From Candidatus Woesearchaeota archaeon (GTDB taxonomy: Archaea > Nanobdellota > Nanobdellia > Woesearchaeales > JACPBV01), in the NCBI GenBank assembly GCA_016180135.1, contig JACPBV010000005.1, positions 802 to 64,801 of the forward strand: 64,000 nt of DNA, written 5' to 3'. Under the pieces are notes generated by a model, which did not search any database, was not told the DNA's origin, and saw nothing but the letters and a program-made list of their open reading frames with translations. Position numbers and translations under genes: made by a program. This document shows, one piece after another, positions 36,906 to 45,100 of this stretch. Every line of letters begins with the position of its first letter. Position 1 is the stretch's first letter.

Positions 36906-37469
36906 ATCATCGCCCACATCGAAGGCACGCGCTCAGAGCCAATAAGACGCCCCGACGGAACCACCGAATTCGTTTACAAATTCACCTACAATATCAGGAA
37001 TCCGGAAGGCTCGCCTCATAAGGACTTATTATTCAACATTGCGCTCTACAGCGCTCAGGGAAAGAGATATAGCAAAAGACGCAAATATTCAGATAATAAT
37101 GCCCGTCTTTTGCTTATTAATAACGGACAACTATGGTTAAATAATTATTGTCCGTTATTATACCTCTACCCAAGATCCCTCGGTGTAAAAGAAGGGAAGC
37201 ATTTCATCAGGGGATTAGTCCTTAATGAAGCCAATGCAGACAAAGACTTTGAAAGAGGCCCTGTCGTCAAAGTTTCCCAAAACTTATACAGCAAGCTCTG
37301 CATCGAATTCGGCCAAACAATAACCAACGCTGAGGGAGACGAAGAATCGCAGGTCTGCAACACTATTACTGCATTTACCGGAACAGGAACCGAGTTTGAA
37401 GAGCGCACATCGGAAGAAGCCAAGCAAACACCCCAGGGCCCGAAGGACTTAAACGAGGGGGAGATTTAG
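36906..37469 (+). repeat. direct repeat copy 2 (orphan)
   Basis: Aligns with 35329-35799. Confidence 0.85.
37070..37162 (+). other. 93-nt in-frame insertion made of two hairpins
   Basis: Absent from copy 1. It contains 'gcaaaagacg...cgtcttttgc' and 'taataacggacaa...ttgtccgttatta', and 'ata' occurs at both junctions. Confidence 0.55.
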
Positions 37470-37470
37470 G

Positions 37471-37959
37471 ATGGAAGTCAAAAAGGCCGGAGAGAAATCC
37501 AAGAGAAAAATCCTTATTGACTTGGACGTGATAACCGTCGCCTTGTGGAACAAGAAAAAAGAGATTGTTTCATTTATTGAAAGGGTAAAAGAAGGTGAAT
37601 TTGAGGTTTACACCCCCTATAGCCTCATGGATTTGGTTGAGCAATGGAGAGATGCAAGATTAAGAAACAATATCAAAGAGTTCTATGCCCTTTACTCAAC
37701 GGAGATTGTTTCGCTCCAGCGCTTGAAGAATCTCATTGAAGAGAGAGCTATCAATGAAACCGCTTTAATTGAGGTTTTAAAAACAAAGGAGATTAAGGAA
37801 GAAGATATTCTTTTGGTTGTCGTTACCGCCCTGATGAATCTCGATTTCTTAGTAACCCTTAACAGGAAGCACTTAAAAAACAAGGAGGAGGTCATAAATG
37901 CCATACTATCCAATCATGGGCTTAAAAAAGTTAAGATTATCTCGCCAGAAGAGGTTTAG
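37471..37959 (+). CDS. PIN-like domain protein (weak)
   Basis: 'ILIDLDVITVAL' near the N-terminus and 'LDFLVTLNRKHL' near the C-terminus resemble PIN acidic blocks. The start lies 1 nt after the upstream stop. Confidence 0.45.
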   Translation: MEVKKAGEKSKRKILIDLDVITVALWNKKKEIVSFIERVKEGEFEVYTPYSLMDLVEQWRDARLRNNIKEFYALYSTEIVSLQRLKNLIEERAINETALIEVLKTKEIKEEDILLVVVTALMNLDFLVTLNRKHLKNKEEVINAILSNHGLKKVKIISPEEV

Positions 37960-38393
37960 TTTTCCTCAGTTTAGCGAGGTCGGAAAGGAACTTATCAGTA
38001 AGCCCTTTTTTTATTTCATCAGCCAGAGCAATAGGGTCAACATCCGCAGGAATAATGGGTTTCAGCTTCATAAAAAGAAAGGAGAGAAGGGATTATTTAA
38101 ATCTTCCGCTAAAACAATGCGCCTTAGTAATGACGCCAGCTCAGAGCCCATCCAAAGGCCGGACGGAATGGACACGCTCAAAAGAGATCATGCCGCATCA
38201 TGGCAAAAGCAGGGCAGGATGACCGCATGCAAAAGCACCCCCACTGCCTCCAAAGAGCAGGATGGGATGGCCGCATACAAAAGTATCACCGGCAGCCGTC
38301 AAAGGCCGGACAGAATGGATGCATCCAATTTCCACCCCGCCGCCAGTCAGGATGAGGAGAAAATGTTTGCATTGAATGGGGCTATAGCATAGC

Positions 38394-39212
38394 ATGAAAC
38401 CGATCAAAACAATAAAAAGAAAAAGCTCCTGGGGTGAAGCTCTCGGAGAATATTTCCGGGATCACGGAAAAGCCGCTTTCAAAGCAGCAAAAGCCTCGAT
38501 GAACACCCGCACCCTGATGGCGGCAGGATACGCCGCAATATTATTCTCAGCCACGCTCCTTGCATTCTTTTTTGCGAAGCTTGCCCTGGTTCCAAAACTG
38601 GAAGCGCTTGACTCGATCAGCCTTGACCGCATCCAGGAAAAGGCAGAGGGTGAATTGGCGGAGATTGCCGGAATAGCGAAAGGATTCATCGCAGCCCTTA
38701 TAGCAGTCGTTATAGCAGCATCAGCGCTCTGGGCTCTGCTCTTTGGCCTAATCGAGGGAAGCCTCATCAGAGGATTTACCGGCTCGGATGTTCCCCTGAA
38801 AAGATATGCCCTCCTTGGGCTTGTTTGGGCCCCCGCCTGGCTGGCCATATTCTTCCTCCTCATTTTTGGGGGCAGGTCGGAAACACTCCTCACAGGATTG
38901 ATCATGCTGGCGCTGGCCTTCATCCACTTCAGCACGACAGTCTTTTGCCGCTTTTCGGCAACGAACAGGTTAAGGGCAATAAGGGAAGGCCTTGCCGAAG
39001 GAATAAGGCTTCACCATTATCTCCTGCCCTACATTTCCCTATACTTTATATACCGCCTCGGCAAATATCTCTTTGATTGGGCATTAATCCTGAGCAAAGC
39101 TCAGCCAGGGATTGTCCTGCTTGGGACCGGAATGGTTTTGATGCTGCTGTTCATCGGATTTGCGCAGGCATTCCAGATCAACACTCTCCTGCAGGCCAAA
39201 CAAGCCAGATAG
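38394..39212 (+). CDS. polytopic membrane protein, paralog of 16646 and 58865
   Basis: It has five or more hydrophobic helices and the shared 'LRAIREGLAEGIRLHHYL' block. It lies directly upstream of the prepilin-like gene of module C. Confidence 0.6.
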   Translation: MKPIKTIKRKSSWGEALGEYFRDHGKAAFKAAKASMNTRTLMAAGYAAILFSATLLAFFFAKLALVPKLEALDSISLDRIQEKAEGELAEIAGIAKGFIAALIAVVIAASALWALLFGLIEGSLIRGFTGSDVPLKRYALLGLVWAPAWLAIFFLLIFGGRSETLLTGLIMLALAFIHFSTTVFCRFSATNRLRAIREGLAEGIRLHHYLLPYISLYFIYRLGKYLFDWALILSKAQPGIVLLGTGMVLMLLFIGFAQAFQINTLLQAKQAR

Positions 39213-39345
39213 TCAGGCAAAGAAGCAGAATAGGGAAAGTTGGGACCAATCAAGCCCCTCAGGCCAAACAAGGTTGGCAAACAGGCAAACAAGCGGAATA
39301 GGGAAAGTTGGGACCAATCAAGCCCCTCAGGCCAAACAAGCCTGA
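39192..39345 (+). repeat. tandem repeat with a 68-nt period (about 2.3 units), including two perfect 45-nt copies
   Basis: 'gaatagggaaagttgggaccaatcaagcccctcaggccaaacaag' occurs at 39228-39272 and 39296-39340. 'caggccaaacaag' also occurs at 39192, inside the end of the upstream gene. Confidence 0.8.
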
Positions 39346-39397
39346 CAAGCAGGACAGATAGGTTATTGGCAGGAAACATTGCCCGGAAACATCTACC

Positions 39398-41500
39398 ATG
39401 AAAAAAAGAGGGCAGATAACGGTTTTTATAGTGATAGGCTTATTGATACTCTTCACCTTCTACCTCCTCTCACGTGAAAAAAGAGAATCTATCGAAGATA
39501 CAGAGATTATTCAGCCGGAACTGATCCCTGTCCAGCAGTTCGTGGAAAGCTGCTCGAAAGAGCTCGCAAAGGAAGCCCTGTTCCTCATCGGCGCAAACGG
39601 CGGCTATATCTATTTCCCCGAATGGATCGACCGGGTTCCGGGAAGATCGCTCCAGAACTCTCCCAACAGGGATATCAGGAATCCGCTGTGGTGGTTCGAC
39701 GGAACGCTTGCAATTCCGCCGCTGGCCCAGATCGAGCAGGACATGGCAAGGTTCATCCAGGACAGGATGCCACGCTGCCTGAACAACTTCTCGGCATTCA
39801 ACAGGACTTATGCAATCGAGGAGCTCGGAGACTTAAAAACTGCAGTCATCCTCGGAGATGACCAGCGGCTGAAAGATGATGTCACTGTCAGAACCCAATA
39901 TCCTATAAAAGTCAAAGACAGGTTCAACACCACGCTCGCAGAGCTCCAGAAATTTGTTATTACACTTCCTATACGGTTCCAGCGCACCTACAATCTTGCA
40001 AAGCTTATCATGGAGAGGGAAAAGAAAGACTTTTTCATCGAGGAAAAGGCCATTGACCTCATCAACATGGACCCAAAGACCCCGACAACAGGGTTTGAGT
40101 TCACCTGCAAGAAAAAAATCTGGCAGACAGCTCAGGTAGAAGACCGGATAAAGAAGCTCCTTGAAGTGAACCTAAACCATCTCAAGGTCAAAGGCACAAA
40201 GTTCGACCCTGATGCTATCCTGCCCTACCTCGGCGATACTGTCCCTGATTTCCGTGGGAAGCTCACCGCCCAGCAGATCAAAGAAGCCTCTCAGGCCGGC
40301 AGCCCTTCAGCCACACGGGACAATGAAAAAGATTTCTCCTACCTGAACAAAGCGCTTTCTGACACGTATAAGGATTCATATTATTACGCCCATTATGTCT
40401 GGGACCTCGCAAGGGATCCCGAGCCATACCGGAACTTCAGGACAAATTTCCAGTTCGACAGGTCATGGCCGTTTTTGCTGAAAGCCAGCCCGTCGAAAGG
40501 CCCCATCATGGAGACTAATGCGATGAAGGGCTCCAAATTCCTCTCGGCATTCTGCCTCCACACATGGCATTTCACCTACAGCATGGAATTCCCGGTAAAA
40601 GTGACGCTCGTCGATGAAAAGGCAGAAAAGAACGATGGATACACCTTCAGTTTTGCATTCCAGGCAAAACTCACCAAGAACTACCCCGACCCTACTGCGC
40701 AGGATTTCACAACCATGCTCAGGCGTGATATCTACACTTCAGATGAATACTGCGCTGACATCACTGCAGAAAACCCGGTGATGGTGCTTATCGCCAGAGA
40801 CCTCATCACCGATGAGGATATCAGCAAAGTGAATATGACCTTCACCTGCGGCAGATACGCCTGCGATATCGGCCAGACAAAGCCGGACTTCACCAATAGA
40901 GGAGCGCCTTCATTGAAGAAGCAGCTTCCTCAGTGCACCAACGGAATCCTCAGAGGCTCAAAGGCAAACTATGAAGATGCCCAGCGATTCATCAACACCG
41001 AGATAGAGCGCATCTACACTCTGCCGATGCAGCCGGTAAAATATTTCAATATTTCAGTCAGAAAGCACATGCTCAAAGATATAGGGGACAGCGGCTCCGG
41101 GATTGACTTTGCCGGAGAGCGCCTGCTCGGGAACGGCGAGGAAGCGTTAGTCATGGTGAGATATCCCCCGAAAAAGTTTGAGTCCTTTGCAATATACGAT
41201 AGGTTTCCCGTCAGCCTTGATGACCCGATACAATCCTCATTGAAGCTCCTCGCCAAAGAAGACATAGAATATGAAGTAGAGGTTTACCTTTCCAGCAACA
41301 AGACCATCACCGGCGGCTATATTGCCAACTGGACAGCGTCAAAAGACCAGATAAAGCTCGGTGAAAACATCACCTTCCACATCGCAGAGCAGCCCCATAA
41401 GGTCGGCGAGGAGTTCAAAGAAAGCGACGACATCGCAATTTTGTTTTTCGGGGCATTGCCTGCAATATCAGAGAAGCTCCCGCCGCCTGAGATAAAGTAG
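39398..41500 (+). CDS. large protein with a class III (prepilin-like) signal peptide, module C
   Basis: The N-terminus is 'MKKRGQITVFIVIGLLILFTF'. Conserved blocks are 'IPVQQFVESC', 'GGYIYFP' and 'FTYSMEFPVKVTLVD'. Confidence 0.8.
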   Translation: MKKRGQITVFIVIGLLILFTFYLLSREKRESIEDTEIIQPELIPVQQFVESCSKELAKEALFLIGANGGYIYFPEWIDRVPGRSLQNSPNRDIRNPLWWFDGTLAIPPLAQIEQDMARFIQDRMPRCLNNFSAFNRTYAIEELGDLKTAVILGDDQRLKDDVTVRTQYPIKVKDRFNTTLAELQKFVITLPIRFQRTYNLAKLIMEREKKDFFIEEKAIDLINMDPKTPTTGFEFTCKKKIWQTAQVEDRIKKLLEVNLNHLKVKGTKFDPDAILPYLGDTVPDFRGKLTAQQIKEASQAGSPSATRDNEKDFSYLNKALSDTYKDSYYYAHYVWDLARDPEPYRNFRTNFQFDRSWPFLLKASPSKGPIMETNAMKGSKFLSAFCLHTWHFTYSMEFPVKVTLVDEKAEKNDGYTFSFAFQAKLTKNYPDPTAQDFTTMLRRDIYTSDEYCADITAENPVMVLIARDLITDEDISKVNMTFTCGRYACDIGQTKPDFTNRGAPSLKKQLPQCTNGILRGSKANYEDAQRFINTEIERIYTLPMQPVKYFNISVRKHMLKDIGDSGSGIDFAGERLLGNGEEALVMVRYPPKKFESFAIYDRFPVSLDDPIQSSLKLLAKEDIEYEVEVYLSSNKTITGGYIANWTASKDQIKLGENITFHIAEQPHKVGEEFKESDDIAILFFGALPAISEKLPPPEIK

Positions 41501-41680
41501 GCCTGGAGATGCAATAAGTCAGAAGATAGGATAGGAGATATGGGAAGTTAGGAGATAAAAAGTATAGGAAAAAAAATAAAGCAGTATTGAAACGGCTAAT
41601 AGAGGTTATGCGCAAAGTAATCAGTTGCAGGAGTTAGGAAAAACCAATCAAGAAAGAGCAGCTGAAATAATCTGCAAAAG

Positions 41681-41796
41681 AAAATCCCAACAACAAAGGG
41701 CTCGACGGTCAAAATTCCTTTCAGGAATTTTGCCCTGCTCGGGGGTTTCCGAAGGAACAACCCTCCCCCTCGCCTCGCCGATGTTGTTGGGATTTT
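41681..41796 (-). repeat. palindromic structured repeat element E4a (inverted relative to E2/E5)
   Basis: Closing stem is 'aaaatcccaacaaca'/'tgttgttgggatttt'. The interior is near-identical to E5 apart from compensatory stem changes. Confidence 0.6.
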
Positions 41797-41816
41797 CGAG
41801 GGAGAGGATGTTCATC

Positions 41817-41931
41817 GAAAAAATCCAGCCATGGCGGAGACGGGACGGGGGTCGCCCCCTCGGGGTGTCTCGTAGGGCATTTTGCCAAAAGCAAAATGAC
41901 CGTCTCCCGCCTTGGCTGGCTGGATTTTTTC
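41817..41931 (+). repeat. palindromic structured repeat element E4b (divergent member)
   Basis: The 15-bp closing stem is 'gaaaaaatccagcca'/'tggctggattttttc', with a second stem 'ggcggagacgg'/'ccgtctcccgcc'. It shares 'gccccctcggggtg' and 'gggc[hairpin]tgaccgtc' with the other copies. Confidence 0.55.
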
Positions 41932-41972
41932 ATGCTGGACGGAGCATACAACAAACTTCAAGAAACCCCATC

Positions 41973-41980
41973 TTTAAATA
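41973..41980 (+). promoter_or_regulatory. archaeal TATA box candidate for giant gene C, implying a ~85-105 nt repeat-containing leader
   Basis: TTTAAATA lies just after element E4b. The next long ORF starts at 42093/42111. Confidence 0.4.
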
Positions 41981-41989
41981 TCCCAATAA

Positions 41990-42102
41990 GGCAAATAGGC
42001 AAATAGGCAAATAAGCAGGACAGCTGGATAAAATAAAAATGCAGGAGTGAAGATAAAAAAGGTGCAGGAGTGAAGATAAGAAAGATGCAGGAATGATGAT
42101 AA
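41990..42102 (+). repeat. two short tandem arrays in the leader of giant gene C (3 x 8 nt 'ggcaaata', 3 x 23 nt 'tgcaggagtgaagataa...')
   Basis: The 8-nt units are at 41990, 41998 and 42006. The 23-nt units are at 42040, 42063 and 42086, and the last overlaps the ATG at 42093. Confidence 0.7.
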
Positions 42103-45100
42103 TAACCAAAATGGCCAAAATCACCGCAGTCCAGAGCATTGCCATATTCCTCATAGAGATTATGCTCTTCATGCCTTTTGCTTTTGTTGACGCCCTTACC
42201 ATCTCAGAAGTCAAGGTCGAGAACATCAGGACAACCGGCGCTTCGATAACCTGGAAGACTGACGAGCTTGCTGATTCGACGGTAGAATTCGGGAAGACAA
42301 ATTCATTGGGCCAGCAGGAGCGCTCCGACAGGCTGGTAAAAGCCCACATCGCCAACCTCAATGGGCTTGATCCTAACGCTTCTTACTTTTTCAAAGTCTC
42401 CTCAGCAGGTGTTTCAGTCTCAACTGAGGTCCAGCCCCCGACTGCTGCTGACGACAATGCAGGAAAGCTTTACCAGTTCAACACCCTCCGCCAGCAGCCG
42501 ATGTTCATCAATGCGACGGTGCCTGCGAAGCTGAATTCGGGCCATACCCTCTCAATCCCCGGAAAGACGCTTGTGTTTGCGCTGGTGCAGTTATTCATCA
42601 ACAGCACGCTCCGTGAGGAAAGGGTAGCTGACAAGGATGGAAACTTTGTGTTTCCAGGTATTACGCTCGGAGAAAACACCCATAAGATTCGGATAACATC
42701 AAGGCGTGAAAGCGAATTTGCGGAAAAGCAATTCTCAATAGTTGTCGATACCAAAGCTCCTGAGCTTGAGCTGAAGGATTTCCCCGAATCGACAAGCAGC
42801 TCAGAATTTTTCATCGCAGGAACTGTATCCGAAAATGTAACCTTAAAATTTCAGGTAAGCCTCGCAAGGCCCGACAAAAACCCGCCATCAAAGATCAGGA
42901 ACCTCAATGCCTCAATCACAGGCCAGAATGCAGTGAAGATTTCCTGGGCGCAGTCAAAGCTTGCGAACGGGACTTTGACTCCTGACTTTGCAAGGTATAT
43001 TGTCCTGAGGGATGAGATCCCTATCTTCTCGACCGACGATATCTCAGGAAATGAAACCACAGATGCCAGGGCAAATGCCAACCGCTCCTACACCTATCAG
43101 GTGATTGCGATGGACATTTTCGGCAATATCGGCGAAGGCGAGGAAAAGGCCCTAAGCATCGGGCCTGAAGGAAGGCAGGACATCCCCAATATTGAGGCTA
43201 TTGATGTCTTTGAGAATCTCAAAAGCTTCCAGAAAAGTGTGACGGCAAAAGGAAAGTTCAACGAGAGTATCATGCTGGATGAGCAGGACCAGTTCTACAA
43301 TATCCAGGTGCTTGCCATTGACGGCGCTGACAACCAGGTTTCTGTCACCAAAGAGATTCTTCTTGACCAGACTCCCCCCACAATCCAGGTCCTGTCCCCT
43401 GTCCCTGGGCAGTCAATTTTCGAGAACTTTGCCGACGAGGTGGTCATACGGGGTGCGACTGAGCCTGGCGCAAGAGTTTATTTGTTTGTCAACAGGCATC
43501 CTTTTGCAGAATTCTCTCAGAAAGGCGATATAGCAGGAATCCCCAATGAGATAGAAAACCTTCCTGAAGCTGACCTTCAGGCGGACTGTGAATTCAAAGT
43601 ATTGGGATTGGACAGGTGCAGGAAGCATGCTGACTACCAGGCAATTGCAGACGAAGAGGGATTTTTTGAGATTGAGGATGTTGACCTGACGAGCGTCTTT
43701 GCCGGAGCTATCAGGATACGGCAGAAGAACTTTACTACATTCTTTCCTGATGAGCTTGCAACCCTTGAAGGCATAAAAGATTCCAGCCAGGCAAGAGTCT
43801 TTATCATTGCGCAGGACATCGCAGGCAAAAGAGCGCATCAGGCGTTTGGATATAAAGTTGAGACCTGCTTTTCAGGAAATTTTACCTTCTCAGCAAGGCC
43901 TTTGGTGCAATACCAGTCCCCAACATTCCTGAGCGTTGAAAGGCTCAGAGAAGGCTCTGAGCAGATCTTCTTTTATTTCAATTTCTCCTACAACGGCCAG
44001 GCGCAGAGGGCTTTCATCCAGAGCCTTGACATCCAGAAAGCATGCGGAGAGTTTTTAGGCGATCCGGAGCAGAGCGCCCGCTACAATATTTCCTGCGAAG
44101 TATTGGGTCCATGCCTTGCAAGAATGAATCCGGACAGGACAACTGCCTATGTCACATGCCAGCTCGACAGGCTTGAAGTGCTTGACAATGCCAATATCAC
44201 TGACCTTGAGAAATTCCTGAAGGGAGTGGCAAAGGAAGTTGCTTTTCCCCTGAAGCTGACATTGAATTATGAGGAAGAGTTCCCTCCAGCGCCCGTATCA
44301 AATATCCCTCCTGCAGCGATACCTCAGCCGGGAGTGGTTATTGAGCCGGCTGCAGCGGTGCCGCAGGCGCCAAACACGCTGCCAAACAGAAACACCGGCC
44401 TCCAGCAGACTTTCTGCGAAGAAGTGACCTATGTTTTAGACGCCTCTTTCATCAACCCAAAAGACGTGCTCCCTGACTGGCTGCTGTATGATTTCGTTGA
44501 CATCCTCAACAAAACCCTGACAACCCTGAATGAATGGCTTGAGAAGATCCGTGAGATCCTCGAATGGCTTGCCATCTCCTGCGTCGTTGCATTCCTGCTG
44601 AAATTTGTCATCCAGATCTACAGGAGGATAACTTGCCATTATGACAGGTTCTACAAAAAGATTTCAGGCAGCATCGGTGAAACCTCAAAATCGGGGAAGG
44701 ACGACTGCCAGAAATGCATTGAGCAGGAAAAAACTGAAAGAGAGTCTCTTGCCTCCAGCATGACTGCATCAGGAAAGAAACTTTATACCGCTGATGACAA
44801 ATATTACCAGGCTTCTGTTGAGAACCTGATTGCGGGAAAACAGGACATCCAGGACAGGTTGAGCAATAAATGCCTTAAGGCCTGTTACCCGACCTGCTCC
44901 GGCGCTTGGAAGGCAGAAGAGATGCTTTACAATGCCTACAGGTTTGCCTGTGACCGTGTTTTTGGCCACGCATCCCCTTCGGGCTGGACTAAAGACAAAA
45001 GTGATGAAGATCTGAAAAAGAAGCTCAATCTGGGAGTCGGCTGCACCCAGGACCAAAGCGTCAGGGGCAGGCCGGTAAGGGCTCAGAAATGCAGGGAATT

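Larger units (their letters stand above)
36843..37469 (+). pseudogene. orphan copy of the C-terminal ~157 codons of gene D carrying a 93-nt in-frame insertion; intact ORF, possibly expressed
   Basis: Nt 36906-37469 align with 35329-35799 at about 93 percent identity by eye. The frame is open (208 aa) from an upstream ATG. Confidence 0.5.

Noticed and set aside
35329-37469. A diversity-generating retroelement (template/variable repeat pair) as the explanation for the duplicated C-terminal segment.
   Set aside because: Mismatches between the copies are not concentrated at adenines; they include G/A, C/T and T/A changes in both directions. No reverse transcriptase gene is present in the window.
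37937-38071. A 44-aa minus-strand ORF (MKLKPIIPADVDPIALADEIKKG...). It has a TTTAAATA box about 22 nt upstream and a faint resemblance to the N-terminus of aEF-1 beta.
   Set aside because: It is too short (about half the length of aEF-1 beta) and the resemblance covers only about 20 residues. It also overlaps the convergent PIN-like gene end. I cannot support it without a homology search.
37898-38392. A 164-aa plus-strand ORF between the PIN-like gene and the 38394 membrane protein.
   Set aside because: It overlaps the end of the PIN-like gene, is composed of degenerate repeats, and has no start context or motifs. It is more likely decayed repeat DNA.
38462-38935. A 157-aa minus-strand ORF inside the 38394 membrane-protein gene, and similar antisense ORFs (4743-5408, 1621-2097, 8306-8713).
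   Set aside because: Each lies fully within a longer ORF that has recognisable motifs or paralogs. None has motifs or promoter-like context of its own.
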